64,000 nucleotides of DNA from Octopus sinensis (GCF_006345805.1 NC_043008.1:56482001-56546000), one strand, 5' to 3'; shown: positions 12,806 through 26,126, numbered from the stretch's first letter. Translations and numbers: made by a program. Notes: a model not told the origin generated them from the sequence alone.

Positions 12806-12853
12806 ATTTTTGATAAGGTTCGTTTTTCCAAGAAGAACCGAAACATGTAAAAT
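12806..12853 (+). ncRNA. Type I hammerhead motif with U3:A8 core (family 3)
   Basis: attt TTGATAA ggttc (13 nt) gaacc GAAAC AT GTA aaat. Stem I 4 bp, stem II 5 bp, palindromic ACATGT stem III. Lies in unit 12786-12942, homologous to 32581-32876. Confidence 0.7.
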
Positions 12854-13591
12854 CTCTCAGAAAATTAAAATTTATCTTATATAGTGGCGTTTTCAAACTT
12901 CTTTTTTATAAATATATACCCACTCGTTGCCACCTACACTTTTTATAAATATATACATACATACATATTGTATAAGTATAATATGCATAAATATATGTGT
13001 GTGTATGTATGTATGTTTGTATTTTACATATATCTTTTTGTGCTGCACCTAAGGTTATCAGATCATAGACCTCTACATCAAAATATGAAAACTCATGAAT
13101 TTTCTCAAATAAAATGCAGCAGTCGTTTCCCACCATTTTTTGCTGCTTTATTTACTGTTCCCTCAACTAGACTCTTGTCTTCTGGGCTTACCCTTGAAAG
13201 GCAGAGCTTCTTTAAGCCTTAATCAGGTAAACCGTACCAAATGACATCACACAAAAGAACATGTTCAACCGATGGGCTTATGTGATGCTTCTATACGGGC
13301 CAGTACACGCTCTGAGTCCTGTTGTATACCTTAGCCACAGGATAAATTTTTCCAGTTGATGTTCAATTACAGGTCATCCCTCTTACATGTATGTAATATA
13401 ATTTTTTCTGAAACTTTAGATTTTTCAATATGCTAGACCACTAGTTTTAAATTGATATTAATCAAATTAATATTCAGTTTTTCACCCTTATTATTTTAAA
13501 TTTAAATTATATATATATATATATACCGGAGTAAACACATAAATGTGAAACAAGGTGGAAAAAAGAGTACTCCAATACCAGTGGTAGAGTA

Positions 13592-13706
13592 ATATGCTTT
13601 ATTCAAAACAGCAGAAAATTCAACAAAACCTGTTACTCTGAGTTTCACGTGAAACTCAGAGTAACAGGTTTTGTTGAATTTTCTGCTGCTTTTGAATAAA
13701 GTATAT
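13592..13706. repeat. Loopless palindrome (~57 bp arms) containing the 3' half of an HHR
   Basis: Centred on CAC|GTG at 13648/13649. Each arm reads outward GAAAC tcaga GTA acagg. Confidence 0.9.
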
Positions 13707-14235
13707 ATATATATTTATAAAGATAACTTTAAAGCTGAAGATCAGTGAAAAAAGAAACACCTATGCTGAACTATTGAGAAATCTGCAGTTACTCTATCCA
13801 GATTACAAGTTCAGGTTTATACCTGTAATTTTTGGGGCCCTGGGATATGTAACACACTGCCTAAATACCAATCTTGAGAAATGAGGCTTCTCAAAACCAG
13901 AAAGGAGAAAGCCATTTCTAAGACTACAGATTCAATCCATCACTAGAACTGTGAAAATCAGTATATGAGCATGTCTAGACATGCAACTATATGCATGAGA
14001 ATACATACATAAAGCAAAACATGCATACATACATACAAACAAAAATATCCTGCTGTCGATGTTGAAATTCCAATGAAGAAGCCTTGGATCTAGGTTAGAA
14101 ACCGGCTCTTTGTTGGCAAGAAATCTTGAACTAAAACTGAACAATGACATTATATATATACATACATACATTACATATATATACATACATACATACATAC
14201 GTGCATACATCTACACACACACACTCGCATATATA

Positions 14236-14403
14236 TATAAGTTCAGCAAAAATTTAGATTCAGATGAATATGGTACTTAAGTTAAAGGCACCAGAATTTT
14301 GTATGGTATTATCCATATAAATCAAATGGGGTGATTATAATCAAAATAAGCAACAAACAATAAGCAATAAGCTACCTTGGATATCCTTGTTGCTTATTTT
14401 GAG
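14236..14403 (-). mobile_element. Short (TA)n-flanked repeat with terminal inversion (homolog 28569-28735)
   Basis: Reverse-complement homology to 28606-28735; tcaaaataagcaacaa/ttgttgcttattttga inverted pair. Confidence 0.75.
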
Positions 14404-14456
14404 TGTATATATATATATATATATATATACATAAACAATAACGCAGATGAGCTGAG

Positions 14457-14546
14457 ATTCACTACAGCTGTTTCAAACGTGTTCTTTATTGACGAACAAA
14501 ACAATTACATCATGTAAAAAAAATAAAACATTTTCTTCAGGTGAAT
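14457..14546 (-). ncRNA. Type I hammerhead ribozyme (family 4), core intact
   Basis: Minus strand: attcac CTGAAGA aaatgt...acgttt GAAAC agct GTA gtgaat. Stem I 6 bp, palindromic ACAGCTGT stem III, GUA triplet. Confidence 0.8.
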
Positions 14547-14639
14547 TAAGAATGACATTTAACATTTAGAATTTTGAACACAAATAGTATATAATATCTA
14601 TTGATCCTTTCATCTCGCTTAAAACTGAGGGAGCGGTGG

Positions 14640-14725
14640 CTGGAGACAAACACTGACACAAAGACATACACAGAGATGCACACAAATACATAATCACTCA
14701 CACACACACGCACATGCACACATAC

Positions 14726-14762
<37 letters not shown>

Positions 14763-14915
14763 AGGTTTCTTTCAGTTTCCATCTACCAAATGCACTCAGA
14801 AGGCTACTGTCTGCCGGAGGCTATAGTAGAAAACACGTGCCGAAGGTGTCATGCAGTGGAATTGAAGCAAGAACCCTATGGTCAGAAAGCAAGCTTCTTA
14901 CCACACAGCCACACC
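14640..14915 (-). mobile_element. SINE family B, degenerate
   Basis: Head and core homology. Confidence 0.75.
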
Positions 14916-16164
14916 TGTTGCTTATCCTTTTGGGGGATTCGATAAATTAAGTACCAGTTGCGTACAGGGGTTGATCTAATTGATTGGCCTCCTCCCCAGA
15001 AATTTCGGGCCTTGTGCCTAGAGTAGAAAAGAATATAGTATAATTCTGTTGGTATGCAATGAAGAATAACAGGAACAAGTGCAATTTGAACGACTAAAGA
15101 ACACCCTTATGAGCAAATTATGATCACTTTTGCATTACTTTCGGTACAACTCTTCTATATCATTCAAAATCTAGAAAAAGTTATTTGTTGGTATAGATGT
15201 ATCAATTAGACATTGAGGGAACTTTTGCAATCTATTACTGAACTTATTTTAGGTAAGTATTTACTTCAAACTTTCATCGACAATAATTGTTGTTGAATAT
15301 AGCGGGGCATTAGAGTATGCAGCAATGATTTAACATTTAATGCAACATAGAACACCAAAGTAAATTAAATCTTGTGAATAATTTGCACCAATTTTAAATG
15401 TTTAATTCAGGCATCATATTCAGCGAACCAATCTTGTGGAACTCATTTACAGTTCCAACACAATATAAAAAGAGAAAAGAAATGAAAAAGTAAATAGAAA
15501 TCAACAACCAGACTTCTCTTGCCATTCCTGTTATTCTAGAAAAGCAAGGCATAATTAGCCAAAAGTGAAAACTCTTTTTCTTCTAATTTCTTATTCAGTT
15601 TTTATTAAAAATTGTTAATGAACAATAATTGATCTTATTAATATCATAAAAGGTTGTATGCATAAAAACACACACTAAAATATTTCATACAAGGTTATCT
15701 AACATAAAACACTCAGTGAACCGAAAAATTGTGAACAAGAAATCTGAAATTACTTATTAATATTTGGTTATTGATCTCCAATATAATGTTTAACATATAT
15801 TTTTTGTTACTATTCAATTCAGTGTCAGGCTTCCTTGAGCAGACTAAGACCTAAAAGTGTTCTAACCGCAACCACCCCTGGCAGAATTGTTAGCACGCGG
15901 GGCAAAATGCTTAGCAGTATTTCGTCTGCCGTTACGTTCAATGCATTGGGGGTATTTTTTTCGGTTCCTTACACTCTGAGATCAACTTTCTCATTCATTA
16001 TTCGATAAAATAGGGAACCAGCCGAGTACACGGGCCGGTAAAATAAGGTATCAGTCAACTCCTGGGATCGATTAATTGAATGTTGCCCTCTCACCAAATG
16101 TTGTGTCCATGTGTCTATACATAGGTAATCCGGCGGCCTGGATTAGCACTTATCCTGGCAGAAG

Positions 16165-16383
16165 GGCGGCGAGCTGGCAGAATCGTATGCAAGCCGGGCG
16201 AAATGCTTAGAGGTATTTCGTCTGCCGCTACGTTCTGAGTTCAAATTCCACCGAGGTCGACTTGGCCTTTCATCCTTTCGGGGTCGATTAAATAACAACC
16301 AGGTCGATATAATCGACTTAATCCATCTGTCTGTCCTTGTTTGTCCTCTCTGTGTTTGGTCCCTTGTGGGTAGTAGAGAAATA
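16165..16383 (+). mobile_element. SINE family A
   Basis: ggcggcgagctggcagaatcg...gtgggtagtagagaaatagg. Confidence 0.88.
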
Positions 16384-16902
16384 GGATTAGAACTTATTTT
16401 ATCGAACCTGAAAGGATGACAGGCAAGTTGGCTACGGCAGGACTTTAACTCAGAGCTCAATGAGTCCGTACAAACAGCACGAAGCATTCTATCCTACATT
16501 CTGCAACTCTGCCACTCCAGCACCCTATGTAAGGGAGATTTAGTGAACTATTTCTAGCAAGTGTAACGTAGAAACGCTATATCATAGGCTTGTTTATTTA
16601 CGTTTTGCGGCGACATTTCCAATATAACTAGATTGTAAATTAACTTCCTGGGCTCCTATCGTAAATATATTCCGAATAGATATATATTCAACATATAATA
16701 AGAATATAGTAATATAGTTTAGTATATGAGTAGTGTTATGTGAGCTATCTACACCACATCATTAACTTTAGACAGATAATATATCAATAAAACATATTTC
16801 CCCAGGGCTTTCTAAACAGCTTGTGACGTCATTTGATACATATTCATGTTGACACAAATTATCTCTCTTAGAAACACACACGTAGACGAATATATGTGCG
16901 CT

Positions 16903-16934
<32 letters not shown>

Positions 16935-17224
16935 AACACACTCACACACACACACAAACACACACACACACACATATATATGAATATATATAAATTAATC
17001 AGAGGACGTACTAAGTATGTCTACCTGCTAGAAATAACAGTCAAAACTCTTAATTTAATACATTCTTTGAGGCCTGCAATTGCCTATATTATTGATTATG
17101 TTACTATCATTTTTAAATTGTTATAATAACAAAATAAGTGGCATCTTCGCAAATTATTCTTTTGGCGAATTATTTTTCAGGTGAATTATTTGCTCCGTAT
17201 ATGTATATATATATATATATAATA

Positions 17225-17348
17225 TTTTACTTGTTTCAGTCATTGGACTACGGCCATGATGTAGGACTGCCTTCAGTTGAACAAGTCGACCCCAGAACTT
17301 ATTTCATCGGTCACTTTTGCCGAACCGATAAGTTACGGGGGCGCAAAC

Positions 17349-17420
<72 letters not shown>

Positions 17421-17562
17421 TCCACCTACCAAATCCACTCACAACGCTTTGGTCGACTCGAGGCTATAGTAGAAGACATTTGCCCAAGGTGCCACGCAGT
17501 GGGACTGAACCCGGAACTATGAGGTTTGGAACCAAGCTTCTTACCATACAGTCACTCCTGCA
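17225..17562 (-). mobile_element. SINE family B
   Basis: Tail, internal (TA)n and head homology. Confidence 0.8.
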
Positions 17563-18529
17563 CCTCTACATATTTTCTGCAAAATTACTTGATACTATTG
17601 GCACATCTAAAGAAAGATTTGCATACTAGTGTTCCATCTAAAAAAAGATTTGCATAAAATAAGTTTATTAGAAAAACAGAATGACACAACCCTTTTAACC
17701 TTTTGGAAGGAAGTTTTTGTAGGCGCTTTCGTTAAGCTTTTCGAACACACGTATTATGAGGTGATCCGTATAGGAGTTCTTTTTTAGATTACCTTATTAC
17801 ACCTGTGTTTGAAAAATTAAATGCAAACGCTTACATACAACTTCCATCCAAAATATCCGCATTCTGTTATTTTATATATAGTTAGTTTCTATCTTTAAAA
17901 AATCTTTTTTCGAATACATGTGTGCTCGCTTCGTAAGTCTGTATTCACAAATACCCAGATATCCTAATATTTTTCTCTGCAGAGTAAATATAATTAAGGC
18001 AAGGCTTTTATGTTGAAAGGATTGTGGATGTCATTTTACAAATTTAGTTAAACGTCATTAAAAAGTTCAAAGCAACGGATCCTACATTACATAAAAAAAT
18101 ACCTCCTGTTTCCGTAAATAATATTGATTTCTTTGTGGGGAATCAGAAAAATCTTCAAATTCCCTAGCTAGGAGAAAATCACCGGCAGTTAGCTTTTTTC
18201 TTCTTCTTCCGAGACTCTTAAAGGCATAAACGAAAAGAAATGACATCAATTCGAAATCTGGATTCCTTCGGGAAATTACAAATGCACGTTTTTGTTGTAC
18301 TTAATTTTGTTGTTCGGTTTTCGTCAAGGTGGAGAAGAATTTCTATATATTACATACAGTTCTCGTCAACGGGTTTTAGTCCACTGTTGGCCGAAAGCCT
18401 CAACAGGCCGCTGCTTGCTTATCTATGGCTCTATATCCAATGCTGACCAATTTCCTTTAGGACAGATTGTTTCTGCAAGTTAAGTGTTTAACTCTGAACA
18501 CCCTTACCTATAATGTAGGCAAGTGAAAT

Positions 18530-18886
18530 AGCTCAAAACAACTTGTCCGACCGTCCCATAGGCCTCCCCTTTGAGAAACATTGATTTAAACTAAATTTTA
18601 GACACCAGCAAGAGAAGACTTTAGCCGGCTTTTTTTGCGCAAACTGTACGTACATTTTTCTCGCGTTTGCGTAGTATCGATCGCAACAATTGATGTACTT
18701 GTGCGTACAAATGCACGTTCCCACGGCTTTATCGATCGCATTCTCATCGGGAATCGATTTTTGTAATTTTTTCAAGGCTTATACATGCCCTGATACCGTC
18801 GGTATCTACATATCAAATTTGAGCGCAATCAGATGGAGAATGCCCGAGATCCTAGAAGACACACAGACAGACAGACAGAACGGATT

Positions 18887-18891
<5 letters not shown>
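18530..18891 (-). mobile_element. Helitron/Helentron-like non-autonomous repeat, 5' portion
   Basis: Minus strand starts tattataaaatccgttctgtctgtctgtctgtgtgtc...ctcaaatttgatatg, a layout typical of DINE/Helitron 5' regions. No 3' CTAG hairpin found. Confidence 0.45.
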
Positions 18892-18930
<39 letters not shown>

Positions 18931-19646
18931 CATACATGCATATTTGCATGTATGTGTATGTCTTTGTGTTTGTGCTTGTTCCCCACTTTGTCTTGACAAC
19001 CGGTGTTGATTTGTGTATGTCCCCGTAACCTAGCAGTACGATAAAAGAAACAAAAGTTTAAAAAAAAAAAAAAAAAGAGCTATTGTGGTTGATTTGTTCG
19101 ACAAAACCTTTGAAATCACTGTTCCATCATGGTTGCAGGCCAATGACTATAACAAGTAAACGATAAAAGATAAAAGTCATGTTGACAAGTACAAATACTT
19201 TGTATCGTTTTACTAAATCTTCGAGCTCAGTGTTTGAGTTTTATTTATGCATTCGTTTGTAAACTTAGCTTTGTAAATGAAAATGTTAGTTTTCATAAAT
19301 TACTGTTGTTGTTTTTATCGTTATTGCAGCTATTCTTGATGTCATTTAGTTCCCAAATATGTTCTGATAGAGAACCAACAAACATGGAAGCACACGCAGT
19401 TTCGGAGCGAGTATCCTACGTACATACCTTAATGTAGGGCTTTATAATATCTGAATCTGGAACCTTGAGGGACAGCGAGTTATAGACGGAAGCTGGAAAA
19501 ATATCGTGGACCTCGTAACCTTACTATTTCTCGATGATGACGAATCAATGATGACTATCTTCACATCTAGGCATGCCCAGACAGAGTTATTTCTTTAAAT
19601 CTAGGAAGAGATTTAAAACCAGAAATGTAAAGGTTCGGAACTGTGT

Positions 19647-20888
19647 AGTGCATTAACCCTGTTCTATTGTGGGCCTGACATTTGGGGAGCAGGAGTGGTT
19701 AGTGGATTACACCGACTCCTGTACTTGGAATGGTACTATTTTGTCGACTTTGAATAGAGGAAAGACAAAGTCGACCTCGGTGGCATTTGAACTCAGATGT
19801 CAAAGCAAGAGGAAATGTTGCTAAGTATCTTGTCTGGCAAGATAACAATTCTGTCAGCTTGACGCATTTACAATTCTAATTTTGAGGGGACGGAGAAAGT
19901 CGAATTCGTTGGCCCCGTACTTAACTGGTGCTTAGTTTATCGACCAAGAACGATGAAGGCAAAGTTGACCTCGGGGGAATTTGGAGCTTGGACGTAAAGA
20001 CGGACGAAATTCCTCCAAGCATTTTCTCCGGCGTTCTTACGATTTTGCCAGCTCGACGCCTAAGGGAATTTAATAATCGACATGCTTTCATGTTAACAGG
20101 AGAAGGGCTCATGGATTTCGATGCGGTTGATTGCTGTCCTGAACGCAAAACTTAACATTTAGGGCCTTCTACCCCCGCCTAATAGCGGGAAGAGAAGGAG
20201 AGAGAGAGAGAGAGAGTGTGTGTGTGTGTGTGTGCGTGTGTGTGTGTGTGTGTGCTATTTTTAGTAATGCGGTCCATTGGAAGAGTCTTGAAACCAGAAC
20301 TCAGGGATCCAGAATAAATAAACGTTAAGGATTTTAGTCGGAAGTGCATTAACCCTGTTCTATTGTGGGCCTGACATTTGGGGAGCAGGAGTGGTTAGTG
20401 GATTACACCGACTCCTGTACTTGGAATGGTACTATTTTGTCGACTTTGAATAGAGGAAAGACAAAGTCGACCTCGGTGGCATTTGAACTCAGATGTCAAA
20501 GCAAGAGGAAATGTGCTAAGTATCTTGTCTGGCAAGATAACAATTCTGTCAGCTTGACGCATTTACAATTCTAATTTTGAGGGGACGGAGAAAGTCGAAT
20601 TCGTTGGCCCCGTACTTAACTGGTGCTTAGTTATCGACCAAGAACGATGAAGGCAAAGTTGACCTCGGGGGAATTTGGAGCTTGGACGTAAAGACGGACG
20701 AAATTCCTCCAAGCATTTTCTCCGGCGTTCTTACGATTTTGCCAGCTCGACGCCTAAGGGAATTAATAATCGACATGCTTTCATGTTAACAGGAGAAGGG
20801 CTCATGGATTTCGATGCGGTTGATTGCTGTCCTGAACGCAAAACTTAACATTTAGGGCCTTCTACCCCCGCCTAATAGCGGGAAGAGA

Positions 20889-20961
<73 letters not shown>

Positions 20962-21050
20962 ATTTTTAGTAATGCGGTCCATTGGAAGAGTCTTGAAACC
21001 AGAACTCAGGGATCCAGAATAAATAAACGTTAAGGATTTTAGTCGGAAGT
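19647..21050 (+). repeat. Tandem duplication, period 696 bp
   Basis: Copies 19647-20342 and 20343-21050. They contain degenerate family A SINEs and an (AG)n(TG)n tract. Confidence 0.95.
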
Positions 21051-21872
21051 TCTAACTTTTAGTCGGAAGCTCTAACGTAACCAGTTCGAGGAGGCGGACC
21101 CCATGAGATAGGTATCAAGGGCACTTTTCGTTAGCCGTGCCATTCGGAAAATCTCGCAGACTGCAGGTTCACCATTACTGCTCTTTCGACTCAGATAATC
21201 CTCAACTTGTTAATTTTGAGCAAGAGGATAAAAAGTAAAGTACTAAAGTCTTCACCAGAGGAATTTCGTGTCCCGAATTTAAAATGATTTAACAAAACAT
21301 TGTCAAAATATCACAAGCTACTTAATTTAACCGTCTGTAGCGGTTTCCTTGCCACTTACGCTCAATTAATTCAATTCTTAATAACAACGTTGGTTCTATT
21401 GCAAAAGACGGGATGGTAATGAAGTAATTAAAGTTGTTAACGAAATAAACATCAGAAATGTTCCATACATTCTCATGTGATTCTGCGATTCTAACTAACG
21501 TGATTAACGAATGGTTTAAAGAATTGGACAGAGTCTTCTAAAATCAAATCCACGAAAATCAATTATAAAGATTTATTTTACTTGCTCAATGCCTCGTGGT
21601 ATTGCTCCATGACAGATGAAATTCAATCGGGTGATAATGAATAGATTTAGTTGAGGCTGCTAGAACGAATAACCGTTTAGGTCATCGTAACATGAAATTA
21701 TTTGCAATGCTAACTGAACAAGAAACGAACTAATTTGATTAGCTTAAATCCTTGTTTGAGTTAACCTTGCTAAATATCATCTAATTTCACGTAACGCAAC
21801 AGATAACTAGCAGATTATTGTGAGTGAGATTACCACCGGAGATTGCGAAACAAAACAAATAAGATATACGTA

Positions 21873-21915
<43 letters not shown>

Positions 21916-22145
21916 TGTGTGTATAAATAAATAGATAAATATATATATGCATACATTTGTATCTAATGTGACTTATCGGTCACATACACAAGAAAGTACA
22001 CAGTGGCAAAACAAGGTGGAGAAAATAGTACTCGGGTACCAAAGGCAGAGTTGTATGCTGTTTTATTAAAGCCGAAACAAACTTCACAGATTCTTACTCT
22101 GATAGAATAGTCTGTCTGTCTGTCCGTCTGTCTGTCTGTCTGTCC

Positions 22146-22179
<34 letters not shown>

Positions 22180-22181
22180 AA

Positions 22182-22218
<37 letters not shown>

Positions 22219-22328
22219 TCTATCTATTTTTCCATCTGTCTGTTTGTCTATCCATCTATCTCTCTAGCTCTCTCCCTACACACACAAACACAAATTTGAC
22301 ATGAAAAGATTGCTGCCAACAAGGAAAC

Positions 22329-22564
22329 AAATTTCCATGGCCAAGCCAATTACCAGATATGAATCCTACTGAACACCTCCGGGACATAATGGATAGGACA
22401 CTTTGTATATAGGAAAAGAAAGCAACCCCCGAGCCAGTCTTTTGAGATTACCGCATGAAACTTGGCAAGAAATTCCTAAAAAGAATATTTGTAATCTGAC
22501 CTGTAGCATGCCTAATAGGGTTCTTGTATTGAAAAATGTAAAGGGCATGTCTACTAAATATTAG
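22329..22564 (+). pseudogene. Tc1-like (DD34E) transposase C-terminal fragment
   Basis: WPSQLPDMNPTEHLRDIMDR...WQEIP..ICNLTCSMPNRV..GMSTKY* matches the WP.QSPDLNPIEHLW motif; one internal stop. Confidence 0.85.
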
Positions 22565-22851
22565 ATATTCACATTATAAAAAATAATAAATAATTTGAAT
22601 GTATAATTTCAGATTTAAATATATTTTTATTATTATAAGGGTGTCTTTTTACTTCTGTCATGTGTTTATATATATATATAATCAATTCGAGGATATCAGG
22701 TCCTCATTAGGGATTATATAATCCAAAAGTTCCACTGGTTAATCCCTATCATATAAGGCGAAAGTCTCAACGGTATGTTAGGGATTGTTATAGTAGTACA
22801 TGTTATTAATATTAAAAGAAAGAAAATAGAGAATAATAGATATATAAATAA

Positions 22852-24462
22852 TTTATTTGTATGATATAAAGATGTTGAAATTTTTTATAAAAGCAATACA
22901 AATAAATTATATATTGTAAAACTCTAAAAGAAATGGCAGGTGCCATTAAATATCAATACTCGGTTTAACTACTAAGCAGTTCTAATCTCCTTTAGCAAAA
23001 AATCAATCATAGATCATAAATATAAATACTCCGATTTTCTTCATATTACGTAATACACCATTCCTACTTATAACAAAATAATCTTTACTCTTTTACTTGT
23101 TTCAGTCATTTGACTGCGGCCATGCTGGAGCACCGCCTTTAGTCGAGCAAATCGACCCCGGGACTTATTCTTTGTAAGCCCAGTACTTATTCTATCGGTC
23201 CCTTTTGCCGAACCGCTAAGTGACGGGGACGTAAACACACCAGCATCAGTTGTCAAGCAATGCTAGGAGTACAAACACAGACACACAAACACATACACAT
23301 ACATATATATACATATATATATACATATATACGACAGGCTTCTTTCAGTTTCCGTCTACCAAATCCACTCACAAGGCATTGGTCGGCCCGGGGCTATAGC
23401 AGAAGACACTTGCCCAAGATGCCACGCAGTGGGACTGAACCTGGAACCATGTGGTTGGTTAACAAGCTACTTACCACATAGCCTATAAGCATTTTTAGAG
23501 AGTTATAGCCAAAAAATACCAAAAAATGCATTAAAAATGGAAAAAAAAATGACGGTAAATTTTTTTTAAATCGTTGACTCATCGTAGACATTTTTAGAGA
23601 GTTACTTCCCTTATATAATAGCGAAAAAATGCATTAAAATGGAAAAAAATGATGGTAATTTTTTTAAAAAATCGTAGACTCATCGTAGACGTGCGCTAAT
23701 ACCCAGAAGGGCTCGATATGAATCACAACTATAAGATACCCGGTTTTGGTTAACTGCACCGCAAAATGTGGGAGTAGTTAGGAATCTAAATCGTAGGAGA
23801 CAGACACACAACTTCACTTTTATATATAAAGATTTATTTGTATGATATAAAGATGTTGAAATTTTTTATAAAAGCAATACAAATAAATTATAAATTGTAA
23901 AGCTCTAAAAGAAATGGCAGGTGCCATTAAATATCAATACTCGGTTTAACTACTAAGCAGTTCTAATCTTTAGCAAAAAATCAATCATAGATCATAAATA
24001 TAAATACTCCGATTTTCTTCATATTACGTAATACACCATTCCTACTTATAACAAAATAATCTATTTACTCTCTTTTACTCTATTACTTCTTTCAGTCATT
24101 TGACTGCGGCCATGCTGGACCACTGCCTGTAGTCGAGCAAATCGACTCCGGGACTTATTCTTTGTAAGCCCAGTACTTATTCTATCGGCCTCTTTTTGCC
24201 GAACCGCTAAGTGACGGGGACGTAAGCACACCAGCATCGGTTGTCAAGCAATGCTAGGGGTACAAACACAGACACACAAACACACACACATACATATATA
24301 TACATATATACACATATATACGACAAGCTTCTTTCAGTTTCCGTCTACCAAATCCACTCACAAGGCATTGGTCGGTCCGGGGCTATAGCAGAAGACACTT
24401 GCCCAAGATGCCACGCAGTGGGACTGAACCCGGAACCATGTGGTTGGTTAGCAAGATACTTA
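22852..24462 (+). repeat. ~630 bp diverged direct duplication (22852-23480 / 23833-24462) flanking a truncated Helitron
   Basis: Both copies begin atttatttgtatgatataaagatg and include a minus-strand family B SINE; several substitutions differ. Confidence 0.9.
23475..23832 (-). mobile_element. Non-autonomous Helitron, 3'-truncated
   Basis: Starts A|TCtttatatataaaag on the minus strand. Homologous to 26892-27240 but lacks the terminal hairpin and CTAG. Confidence 0.8.
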
Positions 24463-24801
24463 CTTATTTATTTAGTTAATTATTAATAATTAGAAACATA
24501 TTATGCTACATTATAATAAATACCCAAATATATTTTCCCATACATTCTACTACATTTTATTTCATCATATATTTTATTGTTTTCTCTTCATCCCATCGTT
24601 CAAGTTTTCTTCTTATCTGACCTCTTAACTGATCAATTCTAAATATTAAACTTCATAACCCCAATAACTTAACCTTTCTGATAATGAACATAAAAATAAA
24701 TTTGATAAATATATATCTTAGAGAGTGAGTGTATATATATATGTGTATAAGTGTATATTTTGTATGAATATACGCATGTGTGTGTATCCGTATGTGTGTG
24801 C

Positions 24802-24847
<46 letters not shown>

Positions 24848-24923
24848 ATGTAAATGTATATATGTATACATATGTGAATATATAAAGACATAGTTATGAA
24901 TATACACATTTTATATACACAGA

Positions 24924-25235
24924 CTAGCTATTTTGACCCGTGTTTCGCTCGGGTTTTTGGTGGTGGTGTTGTTTTGTGCGTGTTGTCTCCTTTTCCTTTT
25001 CCTCTTTTGTTCATCTTCTTTGCCTTTCCAATATTCCTCACCATGGCAACCAAACGGTAGCCCCGAGTGACTTGCAACCCTCCTCACTCCATTGCCCACC
25101 TCATTTTACCCCCAGTGTAAATTTTGGCGCCAATCCGACCCCATCTACCGCCTCCTTAAACCGTTCCCATCCCAAAATGAGACAAATAACCAAGAAATCA
25201 AACACTTTTTCGCATTTCAGCTTTACAGATATTGA
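24924..25235 (-). mobile_element. Non-autonomous Helitron (second family)
   Basis: Minus strand: A|TCaatatctgtaaagc at the 5' end, acccg-agcgaaaca-cgggt hairpin then CTAG|T at the 3' end. Confidence 0.75.
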
Positions 25236-26095
25236 TGACTACGGGTTTATATGTAAGGCCTTCAAGATACATATCTTAACGGTCAATGTTTTCAAACTTT
25301 AATCTATCTTTGATTTTAAATGACTGATTGATTCTAGTTTCAGCTCATGAGCTGTGGCCATGCTGGGGCACCGCCATTTAATATGACACAAAATATGACA
25401 CATAATGATACGAACGCTACCATTCATAGCTTCCTGAACTTCATCTGTTACCAAACCAATGGAAATAGTTTATCCACAACAGTTGACTAATAAGTTTTTT
25501 ACTAAATTACACTCCATTTATTCTATTATATAATTCTTCCCTTGCATATTTAAGTATTGTTATTACTTATTTTAATTTTTATCTTTTTATCTTCTTTCTT
25601 GACCTTTAGTTTGATGTTATTTTTATTTTACTTCATTATATCTTTTGCTAACATCTATAACTCACTAACTAAATATATAAGCATTATATATAGGATCTAA
25701 CTTCTTAAACTTATTAGTAATTTGTCTACATCCTTTCAAGAAATGTTAACCTTTGTTGTATAATTTCATAAAGTCTTCACGAGATTCTACCTCGTACAGT
25801 TCAAAATGATAGCAATTATTAGCAAATACTTAGAATTACGTATCGACTAGGGGCATGAATCGAAACACATATGTAGGCTTTTGGCATCTACCATCTCTTT
25901 TAGAGTTTTACAATTTATAATTTATTTGTATCGTTTTTATTAAAAAATTCAACATTTTTATATCATACAAATAAATTATCTATACATCCATTGTTCTCCA
26001 TTTTCTTTCTTTTAATACACGCCCCATCACATATATGCATGCATATATATTTGTATCTATAGCTACACGTTTCTATTTTTCTATTTTCAATGAGA

Positions 26096-26126
<31 letters not shown>

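Noticed and set aside
22685-22790. Partial HHR-like words on both strands
   Set aside because: The core is too degenerate and the stems are out of register.
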